A stretch of 64,000 nucleotides of DNA from a virus (Duplodnaviria > Heunggongvirae > Uroviricota > Caudoviricetes), in the IMG/VR virus record IMGVR_UViG_3300029859_000151; one strand, written 5' to 3'. This document shows positions 10,671 to 20,626 of the stretch, in pieces. A program made the position numbers and the translations under genes. The notes beneath the pieces are model-generated. The model saw nothing but the letters and a program-made list of their open reading frames with translations. It was not told where the DNA came from and made no database searches. Each line of letters starts with the position of its first letter. Position 1 is the first letter of the stretch.

Positions 10671-11288
10671 ATGGAAGAATCTGAAAAGATGTTAAAACCT
10701 ATAGAAAATTTGACGGACAAAGAAATTATTGAATTATGTATGGATAAAGAAAAATCAGTGGCTACGTGTTTTCTTCAATTAGCACGATACACAAATAAAA
10801 CTCAAAAAGATTCAGAAGAAGGAAGAAAAAATGTTGCTAATTATGAAACGATTAAAGATCGAATGATTTACAATCCTATAATCGATATTCAACCTCGACC
10901 ATCAATCGTGAGTATACGTTTGAAATTTAAATCAGCAGTTGACCCGGAGTTAAAATTGATGTGGTCAATTTTAAATGATTATGGAGAGAAAATTTCTTTA
11001 TTAAATGATAAAGAGAATGATTGTTTTTTATCTATGTCATTTATGCCAAATGATTATGCTGGACAAGTTATGGTAACGGCGGTAAACCCGTTGTCTTGGA
11101 CTTTAGAACCAGAAATTGTAGGTATGCCAATAAACAATATACTGCATATTGATTTTTGGGCAACAAATATGTTTATTGTTGATGGAGATGATCTCGGAAA
11201 TGCCAACATTCAAGAAGAAATTGCAAATATAAAACGCGAAGGAGAAAAAACCTATCGAACAAGAGAAGGAGAAATTATAGATGATTAA
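10671..11288 (+). CDS. Hypothetical protein in tra region
   Basis: AAAGGAG RBS before ATG 10671. Confidence 0.6.
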   Translation: MEESEKMLKPIENLTDKEIIELCMDKEKSVATCFLQLARYTNKTQKDSEEGRKNVANYETIKDRMIYNPIIDIQPRPSIVSIRLKFKSAVDPELKLMWSILNDYGEKISLLNDKENDCFLSMSFMPNDYAGQVMVTAVNPLSWTLEPEIVGMPINNILHIDFWATNMFIVDGDDLGNANIQEEIANIKREGEKTYRTREGEIIDD

Positions 11289-12021
11289 AAGAATTTTCCC
11301 TTTAATAATTAGCGCATGTTTTTTAGCCATTGGAACACCGGTATATGCAAAAGATTTTACGAATGAAATCATGTATCGGGTGGGGTTAGGAGCTGAAGAT
11401 ATTTCTTCTGTGTCAAATGCAAATGATGGCACAGAAGATCCTATGACAAGCACAGTAAATATTAGATGTTATGTTGATGAAAATATTAAAGAATGGGACG
11501 AAACAATTTTCTTTTCAATTTACAATAAAACAATTAACAGCACGACAGAATTTCAATTAAATGCTGTTAATGGATATTATGACAACATAAATGTGCGTTC
11601 AGGCGATTGTTATTTATATGCTACTATCGAAAATAATGATGGAACATATAGTTTATATTGCCCAGAACAAGAATTTACCGTAAATAATGATTCTGTTGAC
11701 ATTGTATGTGCATATGGGACATCGGAGTTCATCGAATCTTTAAAGCCAAATTGGAATTTATTGCAAATATATGAGGAGACAAATATTTCTTTAATAAACA
11801 AAGATAATGTAAATATTTTAAACAACAGTAGCGAAAGTACTGAAAAAATAAACGAGATTCCTGAGACAGAGGAAACTTCTACAGAACATTTAATAATGCC
11901 AATAAATGAGATTACTTCGCAAAAGGAAAGTAGATTATTAAATATTCCGGGAATGATTTTGTTTTTCATTATGATTGTATATATAGGATATAACATTTGG
12001 AAGAAGAAAAAACGCACATAG
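11281..12021 (+). CDS. Secreted, C-terminally membrane-anchored protein
   Basis: Signal peptide (VYA), C-terminal TM and KKKKRT tail. Confidence 0.65.
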   Translation: MIKRIFPLIISACFLAIGTPVYAKDFTNEIMYRVGLGAEDISSVSNANDGTEDPMTSTVNIRCYVDENIKEWDETIFFSIYNKTINSTTEFQLNAVNGYYDNINVRSGDCYLYATIENNDGTYSLYCPEQEFTVNNDSVDIVCAYGTSEFIESLKPNWNLLQIYEETNISLINKDNVNILNNSSESTEKINEIPETEETSTEHLIMPINEITSQKESRLLNIPGMILFFIMIVYIGYNIWKKKKRT

Positions 12022-12073
12022 TTGCGTTTTTCTTCTTATATTACAAGTCGTTTTCTTTTTTAGGAGGTGAACT

Positions 12074-15031
12074 ATGGCAGTTAGACCAATTCATGATTTT
12101 GAAATTCAAGAAACTCAAATTATTCACGCAACGGATCAAATGAGTCAAGAAGAAGACAATGAGCAAAATTTAAATGAATATGAACATTATCAAAATGCGA
12201 ACACTGGCACAAATTTTAATGACGCATATAAAAATGATTATCAAATGGATACAGATCTCTCTTATCGAATAGCCGGTTATGATAGCAAAAAAGGATATCG
12301 CCAATTAGCAAAAGAAGAAGTGGCGAAAGCTCCTGTTGAAAATTCAGAAATGTATCAAGGAATGTTAGCTGTTGATAATTTCTTAGAAGTTACAGCAGGA
12401 ACATTGTCTTCCAAGGCAAAACAAAGCCAAGAAGATATGGCATTTGAGGAATTAAAAAGAAAAACAGAAAAATTTAATGATTACAATGGCTCTGTCAATA
12501 GGATTTTGGGAGAAGAATTAGGACAAAATTATCATATTGACCTTTCGGAAGCTTATGGAAATGGAAAAGGCAAAAATGCAGGAATATTTGAAAATTATGA
12601 TCAAACCAAAACAGATACTGGACAGCTTAGTACGCCTTATGTTAAAGAAAAATTTACTATTTCGTCCGAAAATTATTTAAAAGCATTACGTGGAGATAAA
12701 GTTGAAATCCGACTTGGAGATGGTACAAGTAAAAAAGTAGATGCCAGCAAATGGTTGGTATATGATAAAAATATGCAAGGGATAACCCTTCAGGAAAGAT
12801 TTAAAAGAAATACCAAAATAAAAAATCGTCAAGAACTTATAAAATATGAAAAAAAGAATGTGTCGAAGGTTCTTGAACATGTTGGCATTAGAAATGCAGA
12901 AAAGTTATCGAAGGGGGAGTTGGAGAAATTAGTCCAAACGGCAACTAATGATGATGTAAAATCAATTATTAATACTATGATTGATTTAAAAGATTTTGAA
13001 GAGAAACAAGGAAAGACAATGGGGTCAAAACGCCGAACAAAAAGATCCCGAACCCATTTTTTCAGAAAAAACTTAATGAAAGATTGCGATCTTACATCTG
13101 GACTTTATGTTACAGCATCTTCAATACGAATTGGGAAAAAAATAACAAAAGGCGCGCTGTATGCAAGTCATTATGTTTCTTCAAAAGCATTAACAGCAAC
13201 AGTGCAGGTTGGAAAGCAAGTAGCGATTGCCGGACATTCATTAGCAGTTGAAACAGGCATAAGTAAGATAAATGGGTATTATGATTTATATGAAAAGGTA
13301 TCAAAAATAGGAAATAAAGCTGATTTAGTTGCTAATGGCTATAAGGAACTCCCCAAAAATCTAACAAAAAAAATAAATGATACCAAGAACAATTTTGCTG
13401 ATAAAAAAAGCGCTTTTAAGGGAAGTAAGGCTAATAGAAGAATAAAACGGAATGAGATGATTTATGAACGATTAGAAAGACATAAATTTGGCCGAGCGAT
13501 AAATAAAAGTTCTGAAAGAATTCGAGGAGTTAAAAAAAGAGTTTTAGAAAAAACAGAAATTGTTTTTGAAAGATTTCAACCAATAAAAACCATAACAAAT
13601 AAAGTAAAAACGATTATTATTTCACCATTCAAAGGGCTGGCTAATATTGTGTCAAAATTTAGAGGCATAATTATTAAAATAGCAATATCTTGTGCTCAGA
13701 TGCTTTTGCTGTTAATAGCAATATCTGTTGTTGCTAATTTTATTTTTATGGGATTAGAGGGAGCATTATGTACTGTTACATCTTTTGAAGAAGATGATGG
13801 AGGAATTTCTATTGGACAGAATGCAGTAAATAAATTAAGAGCACAAGGAGGAGATTTTGTCCGCAGTGCTTCAGATATAAGTAATATAAATTCACAGGTG
13901 TCTGCGACGTCGGGAAGATGTGATGCGGGAGGAGTCCCTTTCCAAGTAACAGTTGACTCGGCGGTTACTTGTATTTATGAAGATACTTCAGGCAACAGAA
14001 TTTCTTCTACAGATTTTTATAATGTCAAAGAAATTTTATCGTCAGCTGAAATTCATTTCATGTCAGATTATACAAAAGAATCATATTATGAATATACAAA
14101 AGAATTGTGGGCTAATACACATAGTTATTATATTGAGTTTAGTGATGTATATTATTGTAATGATGCTGAAAATTGCGACAATTGGCATGACGTGCATCAC
14201 GATTATGATCAATTAGATGCTTGTGACAATATTCAAATATATTATAGTGCTGATGGCACTGAAAGTGAATATTGCGGAGATCATAGTATGTGTGGAGGAC
14301 ATGTAAAGGCTGAAATCCATTTGGTTGCCGAAAGAGGACTTAATGAAATGAAGGCTCGTGCAGCTGAATTAGCCGATTGTATGTCTTATGTTCCTCCTCA
14401 TGGCTGGGCTGGCAATAGAACAGATGAGATTGATTACATAAATGATACATATTATGATGATATGTATGAAGTTTTTATGAGCCTGGATTGGCAAGAAGAA
14501 TATGGTATTTCTTTAGGAGCTGGAACGTTTAATGCAGCAAATGTAGAATTATCTGGTGAAACAACTCAAGCGATACATGATTTTTTGGTAGGCTGCGGAT
14601 ATTCGGAAGCGGGTATTGCCGGAATAATGGGAAATTTACAGGCAGAATCTGGATTAAACCCAACTGCAACAAATGGCAGAACATTAGGTATTGCACAATG
14701 GCTGGGCGGAAGAATTGATAATTTGATGAATTTCTGCGCTAATGATGGTTATGATCCTTATTCGCTTGAAGGGCAGCTAAATTTCCTTTATTATGAAATG
14801 AGTACGGGTTATCCAAGAGTCCATGCAGCCATGATGTCTGCGACTGATCCCGAGGAAGCAGCCTCTTTCTTCTGTGCATATTATGAAGGATGTTACGCAT
14901 CTCCAGGAGATGGTTTTTATGGAAATCCTGATTGTTACTATTTTGTATCAATAAGATATCAGTATTGGCAAGCGTTAAATGCTAGAAAAAGTAATGCATC
15001 AGCTTATTTTAATGCATTTGATTCGCAATAA
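12074..15031 (+). CDS. VirB1-like cell-wall hydrolase with C-terminal phage-tail-lysozyme domain
   Basis: Long basic N-region, central TM, GIAGIMGNLQAESGLNP...GIAQW...QLNFLYYEM. Confidence 0.75.
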   Translation: MAVRPIHDFEIQETQIIHATDQMSQEEDNEQNLNEYEHYQNANTGTNFNDAYKNDYQMDTDLSYRIAGYDSKKGYRQLAKEEVAKAPVENSEMYQGMLAVDNFLEVTAGTLSSKAKQSQEDMAFEELKRKTEKFNDYNGSVNRILGEELGQNYHIDLSEAYGNGKGKNAGIFENYDQTKTDTGQLSTPYVKEKFTISSENYLKALRGDKVEIRLGDGTSKKVDASKWLVYDKNMQGITLQERFKRNTKIKNRQELIKYEKKNVSKVLEHVGIRNAEKLSKGELEKLVQTATNDDVKSIINTMIDLKDFEEKQGKTMGSKRRTKRSRTHFFRKNLMKDCDLTSGLYVTASSIRIGKKITKGALYASHYVSSKALTATVQVGKQVAIAGHSLAVETGISKINGYYDLYEKVSKIGNKADLVANGYKELPKNLTKKINDTKNNFADKKSAFKGSKANRRIKRNEMIYERLERHKFGRAINKSSERIRGVKKRVLEKTEIVFERFQPIKTITNKVKTIIISPFKGLANIVSKFRGIIIKIAISCAQMLLLLIAISVVANFIFMGLEGALCTVTSFEEDDGGISIGQNAVNKLRAQGGDFVRSASDISNINSQVSATSGRCDAGGVPFQVTVDSAVTCIYEDTSGNRISSTDFYNVKEILSSAEIHFMSDYTKESYYEYTKELWANTHSYYIEFSDVYYCNDAENCDNWHDVHHDYDQLDACDNIQIYYSADGTESEYCGDHSMCGGHVKAEIHLVAERGLNEMKARAAELADCMSYVPPHGWAGNRTDEIDYINDTYYDDMYEVFMSLDWQEEYGISLGAGTFNAANVELSGETTQAIHDFLVGCGYSEAGIAGIMGNLQAESGLNPTATNGRTLGIAQWLGGRIDNLMNFCANDGYDPYSLEGQLNFLYYEMSTGYPRVHAAMMSATDPEEAASFFCAYYEGCYASPGDGFYGNPDCYYFVSIRYQYWQALNARKSNASAYFNAFDSQ

Positions 15032-15164
15032 TTATAATTCAAAACTTTGAAATGTGCCTTACACAGAACATGTGTAAGACACATTTTTTTTGTAAAAATC
15101 CCTTATTTTTTCTGACATATTGAAATTAAATAAAACATTAATTAAATGTTTCAGGAGGGATTCT

Positions 15165-18086
15165 ATGGCGAAATTGATGTTATCAAAAAAGAAAGCATTT
15201 AAGCTAAACATGGGAGAAGTTCCTAATGGCGTTTTAGTGAAGAAAACGCAATTAAAAGAAACCGTTATTTTGGGAGGATTGGTTTATGCTGTTTTAATGC
15301 TGTTGATATTGCATACCTCGGCATATATGGCATATGACTATCAAATAACTTTTTTTGACGCATTGCAATTGGCTGGAAAAGCTTTAACAAGTCATCCATT
15401 TCAATTTGTGGCAGCACCTAAAGCATGTGGTTCGTATATTTTTATGGCGACAATGCTTTATGCCTTAGCTGCACTTTATATGTACGCTGGATATAAAAAA
15501 GATTTGCATATGATGTCTAATGCATCTTATGGTACAGCGCATTGGAATACAGATTTGGATGCGTACAATAAAAGATTTACAGATCCGGCAGATAAGCCAT
15601 CAAAGGACGGAAATAAGAATTTAATTTTAACAGAAGATGTCTATATGAGCATGGATGGCAGAAAGACAAGACGAAATGTTAACGTTTTTATTATTGGTGG
15701 ATCTGGTGCCGGTAAATCACGTTTTTATATTAAACCTAATCTTTGTCAGATGCCACTGAATACTAGTTTTGTTACGACTGATCCATCAGGAGAATTATTA
15801 GAGAGCTGTGGTCAAATGTTAGAAGATTTTGGATATAAAATAAAAGTCCTTAATCTTGTAAATATGAAAAAATCAAATACTTATAATCCATTGGATTATA
15901 TCCATGAAGAAAATGATGTTATTTTGTTGACAGACTGTCTATTAAAAAATACAACTGACCCAAATAAGTCTGGCGGAGATGATTTTTGGGAAAAAGCAAT
16001 GAAGCTTATGTTACAGGCATTTATTTTTGCTTTATGGCTCCATGGTGATGAGATTGGATTGCCAAGATCGTTTGATTCTGTAATGAAACTGATGCGCGGA
16101 TGTACAATTGACGAAGAAGGTTCTCGAAGTGATAGTGAAGCCCTTTCCGATACAGACAAATTATTTAATTTAATTGAATTTGGCTATAAAGAAGAAAATG
16201 GAAAAATAATTACGGGTACAAGAGATACTGTTGATAACCCTGATTATCAACATGCATACGGAGAAGATATTTCAGTAAGACAATACAAAAATTTTAAAAT
16301 GGGCGCTGGAAAAACATTGAAAAATATTTTGATTTCTGCTATGGCCCGTTTTTCAAATTTTGATTCACAACAGCTTATTGACTTGACTTCCAGTAATGAT
16401 ATTGATTTAACAATGATTGGCCGAGAAAAAACAGCTTTATTTGTTATTCTGCCACAGGAACATGATTCTTTTAATTTCTTGGCTGCAACAATGTATAGCC
16501 AATTGGCTCAATCATTGTATTTCGATGCAGAGAATAATTGTCAAGGAAATTATTTAGTCTGTGATGCTGATGGTGAAATTATTAAAATTTTTGAAATTGA
16601 TCATTCGGCAGAACTTGAATCTGCATCAAATCGAAAAGCTGATGAGAAAGAGTTGGAAATTGACATACAAAAAGACGAGATTATTCCAGAAAAGAAATCA
16701 TTTAAGAATTTATTTGAAAATTTATTTGTTAAAAAAAGAAAATGTAAAAATAAAGCAGATGATAAAGAAGAATTAGGTGAAGAAGAATTATGGAATGAGA
16801 AAGCTGAAGAAAATGAAGAAAATACCTTACCTAACGATGACCCAGGCCGAAAAAATGATAATAATATAGAAGAAAAAGCGAAAAAATATATTGATACTTT
16901 AAAAAATGTTCGGCTTGTACAAAAAGGGAAAAAATATTTAATAAAAGCTCAATTTGGAGATGTGGAAGAGGTAATAGCCGAATACGGAAATAAAGATTTT
17001 GCTATTAAAAAGGCAAAAGCATTAAGAAATTGCACAATAAAACGATGTGGACTGTGCCTTCCGTTTAATGTCCGTTTAATGTTAGATGAATTCGCTAATA
17101 TTGGAGAAATACCTCGATTTACAAATTTACTTGCAACAATGCGTAAATATAATATATCTGCTTGTTGTGTGTTACAGAGTATTTCTCAGATCAAAAAAAT
17201 GTATAAAGATGATTGGGGAAGTATCATTGGTAACTGCGATGCATTATTATTTTTAGGATGTGCTGAATATGAAACACAGGAGTTTATATCTAAAAAATTA
17301 GGAAAAACAACAATTATTGTTAAGAATAATTCGATTTCTAAAGGAGGAAAATCAAGCAGCTCTATGAGTTATCAACATGTTGCTAGAGACTTGCTGACTC
17401 CTGATGAAGTAGGGCAATTAACAGATCAAGAGAGCATTTTACTTATTCGTGGCGTTGCTCCATTTAGAGGAAATAAGTATGAATTTACACATCATCCTAA
17501 CTATAAATACACATCAGATGCTGATCCATCAAGAGCATACAAAATAAAAGTAAAAGCAAAAGATGAAAATATCGATCACAAAAAAATGTCGATCATGAGC
17601 TATTCAGAAACAGAAGAAGGGCGTATGTTATCTGAATCAAAACGCCAAAGCAGAATGCGTTCACCTTATAAATCGAGTAGGCATTATCAAATGCCGCCAA
17701 ATAAGGAAAAATATAATAGTAGTATTGAAAAAGTCTCAAGCTCGACTTACCAAAAAAAGAGTGATGAAAAGATACAAGAAGCATTAGGCATGTTTACTGA
17801 ATCAGCAAAATTTTCGAAATACAGTGAAGTGGAAAAGAAAAAAGCATTGGATAGTTTCAAGGCAACAAGACCCGCTAATTTGAAAGATGTTGAAGATGTA
17901 TTTGTAGAATCAACGAAAATTGATCCGGCGGATTTCTTGACAAACTTCGCAGAGAGTTTGCCTATAAATACAATAGATGAAAGAGCAGAAAAGACAAGTG
18001 AAACGGAACCTAAAAGAGAACGCGGAAATATCGATAATATAAACGATTCATTGCCAAATGTTAGTTCAAGTACAGCAAGTTTTTAG
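15165..18086 (+). CDS. virD4: VirD4/TraG type IV coupling protein
   Basis: N-terminal TMs, YGTAHW, GGSGAGKSR, TDPSGEL, YNPL, LDEFANIG; GGAGGG RBS before ATG 15165. Confidence 0.92.
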   Translation: MAKLMLSKKKAFKLNMGEVPNGVLVKKTQLKETVILGGLVYAVLMLLILHTSAYMAYDYQITFFDALQLAGKALTSHPFQFVAAPKACGSYIFMATMLYALAALYMYAGYKKDLHMMSNASYGTAHWNTDLDAYNKRFTDPADKPSKDGNKNLILTEDVYMSMDGRKTRRNVNVFIIGGSGAGKSRFYIKPNLCQMPLNTSFVTTDPSGELLESCGQMLEDFGYKIKVLNLVNMKKSNTYNPLDYIHEENDVILLTDCLLKNTTDPNKSGGDDFWEKAMKLMLQAFIFALWLHGDEIGLPRSFDSVMKLMRGCTIDEEGSRSDSEALSDTDKLFNLIEFGYKEENGKIITGTRDTVDNPDYQHAYGEDISVRQYKNFKMGAGKTLKNILISAMARFSNFDSQQLIDLTSSNDIDLTMIGREKTALFVILPQEHDSFNFLAATMYSQLAQSLYFDAENNCQGNYLVCDADGEIIKIFEIDHSAELESASNRKADEKELEIDIQKDEIIPEKKSFKNLFENLFVKKRKCKNKADDKEELGEEELWNEKAEENEENTLPNDDPGRKNDNNIEEKAKKYIDTLKNVRLVQKGKKYLIKAQFGDVEEVIAEYGNKDFAIKKAKALRNCTIKRCGLCLPFNVRLMLDEFANIGEIPRFTNLLATMRKYNISACCVLQSISQIKKMYKDDWGSIIGNCDALLFLGCAEYETQEFISKKLGKTTIIVKNNSISKGGKSSSSMSYQHVARDLLTPDEVGQLTDQESILLIRGVAPFRGNKYEFTHHPNYKYTSDADPSRAYKIKVKAKDENIDHKKMSIMSYSETEEGRMLSESKRQSRMRSPYKSSRHYQMPPNKEKYNSSIEKVSSSTYQKKSDEKIQEALGMFTESAKFSKYSEVEKKKALDSFKATRPANLKDVEDVFVESTKIDPADFLTNFAESLPINTIDERAEKTSETEPKRERGNIDNINDSLPNVSSSTASF

Positions 18087-18088
18087 TA

Positions 18089-18266
18089 GATGGAATTGTA
18101 ATCAATGCAGATGAAAATGGCGAGCCAATATTGGCAGAAAATGTAAGTAGAACTTTATTTTTGAAGAACTGTCTAGTGGACTTTTGGCAAGTGCTAAGCA
18201 TATAAAGGTAGCATAAGTTATCAAACTATGCTCGAATCCCCTGAACTTTAGCTCTGGGAGTGTCAA
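18089..18266 (+). pseudogene. tnpB: Decayed 3' end of tnpB plus IS200/IS605-family right end
   Basis: Frameshifted DGIVINADENG/ANIGRK...FEELSSGLLAS matches TnpB C-terminus (NADxNGAxNI); followed by GAATCCCCTGAACTTTAGCTCTGGGAGTGTCAA end hairpin. Confidence 0.75.
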
Positions 18267-18490
18267 AGGCGGTGGGATAAATTACGATAAACGCGGTGTT
18301 TTGTTTACAGTATCATTCTGAGGAAAGCCTTATAGAAAAAGGCTTTCCTTTTTTGTACCGAAAATAATTTATGGATGTACCGAAAAAACAGGTTGATTTT
18401 TCAGACATATTATATGTAGAATAATACTTAAGAATTATTATACAAAATGGAATTATAAAACAAAATTGATTGGAGAAAAAATAAAATAAA

Positions 18491-19414
18491 ATGAAATATA
18501 TTAAATTATTTTTAGAAGAAGTAAAAGATGCATATATGTATGTATTTAAAGGAAATAGGCCAATTGATCCATCTCCATATGAATTGCCTAGCAATATTTT
18601 AATATTGGGATTGGCATTTGTTTTAGCACTTATCGCTATTTGGATTATTTTTTGGATTGTTAATATTATTATTTCTGTTACTTTAGACAAAGAAAACGAA
18701 AAGGCAAAGTTCTCAAATGATAATATCTTAGCAGAAATTAAAAGACGAAAAGAAATTGATAAAAAATTCCGAAAAAAACATAAATCATTAAAAGAAATTG
18801 GAGATTATGCAGAAGATGAATGCGCGAATATTTTAAAACAATCTTTTCCAGATATGACTGTAATAAAAAACGTATATCCGAATTATTCTCAAGCAGGAAA
18901 AAGAAAAGTATCTCAATGCGATGTTATCGGTATTACAAAAAACAATATTTATGTGTTTGAGGTAAAAAATTATGGAGGAATTATTTATCCGTCAGATGAT
19001 TTGTATTGGGTAAGTTCAACATATGATAACCTTAATCCTAAAGGGCAAAGAGAATACAAATATAACCCTGCAAAGCAAAATTCTACTCATTGTCGAACGA
19101 TTTGGCTTATACTTAAAACAAAGTTCCCAACTGAAAAATTTGATTGGAAGAAAAAAGTGCGGAATATTGTAGTTTTTTCTGATCGAACAGTAATGGTTTA
19201 TCCGGAAGTAACAACCACAAAAAATGAATTTTCGGAAACAATTATGAATATGGAAGATCTTGTTTCTTATATTACAGATGAGGAATCAAAAGGTAGTGCA
19301 GATATTAACGTTGTTGAAGTTAGCAGTTTTTTTGAAAAATACAAAGAAGAAAATGTTTCAGAAGAAATCAAAAAAGAATCTTTAGTTAATGCAAAAAGTC
19401 ATTATGGAAGATAA
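18491..19414 (+). CDS. Membrane-anchored NERD-domain nuclease-like protein
   Basis: TM; SQCDVIGIT...VFEVKNYGG; YNPAKQNSTH. Confidence 0.8.
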   Translation: MKYIKLFLEEVKDAYMYVFKGNRPIDPSPYELPSNILILGLAFVLALIAIWIIFWIVNIIISVTLDKENEKAKFSNDNILAEIKRRKEIDKKFRKKHKSLKEIGDYAEDECANILKQSFPDMTVIKNVYPNYSQAGKRKVSQCDVIGITKNNIYVFEVKNYGGIIYPSDDLYWVSSTYDNLNPKGQREYKYNPAKQNSTHCRTIWLILKTKFPTEKFDWKKKVRNIVVFSDRTVMVYPEVTTTKNEFSETIMNMEDLVSYITDEESKGSADINVVEVSSFFEKYKEENVSEEIKKESLVNAKSHYGR

Positions 19415-19446
19415 AATAATGACGAACTGGAAAGAAGGTAAATAGG

Positions 19447-20238
19447 ATGAAATATTTTGAATTATGGCTTTTGTTTATTCCGTTAATTATTGCAATAATT
19501 TTGGGAGCAATAAAAAATGCAAAAGCCAATAATGGCATAAAAGCAATAAAAGAAATCATTTCTTTAATGAGAAATAAAAAATTTACGAATAACGATAATT
19601 ATTCTGCATATATTATAGATAGGTTCTATAAAATGGCACAAGAGTATTTATCAAAAAACACATATGCGGCTATTAGAAATTACGGAATGGACTCTAGAAC
19701 TGTTCGAGATTTTAGCCCAATAATGAATCAGAATTTAGAACCACGAATAGATTTGCTCTTGATTATGCAAAGATGTTTCGTTACTATAGATGCTATTGGT
19801 GTTCATGGTAGGGTTACTATTTCTCCCTCTTCAAAACATAAAGAGGTCCTTACAGTTAAGAACACAGAGGGAGAAATTATCCCAATAAGAGATAATATAT
19901 ATGCTCCATATCATTATCAGAGTTTTTTTGAAAAATATTTTATTGAAAATGATTTGGTGCCGCGAAAACGATTTGACGAATTCTTTTCCGGTAACTTATT
20001 TTATCAGATTCTTATTGTAGGAAAAGATGCTATTATTGAAGATGCGGTTCCGGGAAAGTCTTCTATGTTAAAAAAAGAATTCAATCCACAAAATACATGT
20101 TATATTGTTCGTAGTGAGGAAGAAGCTTTTCGATTGGTTGATAGCATTAACCAACAGGTTAAGTCTAGAAATATTTTTGACCGTAATGGAGTAATTCATG
20201 TCATCAATACATTACAAGAGGAAGGAGAATATTTATAG
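19447..20238 (+). CDS. Membrane-anchored protein, possibly degenerate NERD-like
   Basis: N-terminal TM; RIDLLLIMQRCFVTIDAIGVHG resembles NERD core without ExK. Confidence 0.45.
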   Translation: MKYFELWLLFIPLIIAIILGAIKNAKANNGIKAIKEIISLMRNKKFTNNDNYSAYIIDRFYKMAQEYLSKNTYAAIRNYGMDSRTVRDFSPIMNQNLEPRIDLLLIMQRCFVTIDAIGVHGRVTISPSSKHKEVLTVKNTEGEIIPIRDNIYAPYHYQSFFEKYFIENDLVPRKRFDEFFSGNLFYQILIVGKDAIIEDAVPGKSSMLKKEFNPQNTCYIVRSEEEAFRLVDSINQQVKSRNIFDRNGVIHVINTLQEEGEYL

Positions 20239-20277
20239 TAAATTAATATTGCCGTTATATGAAAAGGAGGAAATATT

Positions 20278-20565
20278 ATGAATATGAATGAAATGAATTG
20301 TTTAACTTTAAGAAACGGCATTATTGAAGTAACTGGATTTAAAGAGGCGTTACAATTTTTAACCATTTGTTATCATGAACCAGGATTATATATTTTCCCA
20401 GATAGAAAATCTGATAATGACAATGCAATAATTTGCGATCTTGAAGATGACAATGGCCAAAAAATTATTCGAAATGAAGCAGTAATTGAGATGTTGAGAA
20501 AATTAAAATATAGTCAGGTATTTTTTATGTATAGTTCACATGGAAAATCATATATATCCATATAA
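20278..20565 (+). CDS. Hypothetical protein
   Basis: AAGGAGG RBS. Confidence 0.6.
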   Translation: MNMNEMNCLTLRNGIIEVTGFKEALQFLTICYHEPGLYIFPDRKSDNDNAIICDLEDDNGQKIIRNEAVIEMLRKLKYSQVFFMYSSHGKSYISI

Positions 20566-20580
20566 TTTTTTGATGCAATA

Positions 20581-20619
20581 AATATTTCCCCCGACATTAT
20601 GATGTCGGGGGAAAATTTT
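20581..20619. terminator. Bidirectional terminator between convergent genes
   Basis: TTTCCCCCGACAT-tatg-ATGTCGGGGGAAA. Confidence 0.8.
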
Positions 20620-20626
20620 ATTGAAA

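Noticed and set aside
16547..17050. Intein in VirD4
   Set aside because: No TxxH block, no terminal His-Asn at the insertion boundary, no homing endonuclease motifs.
20585..20614. CCGACAT in hairpin as another regulon motif
   Set aside because: Partial match inside a terminator between convergent genes with no downstream start.
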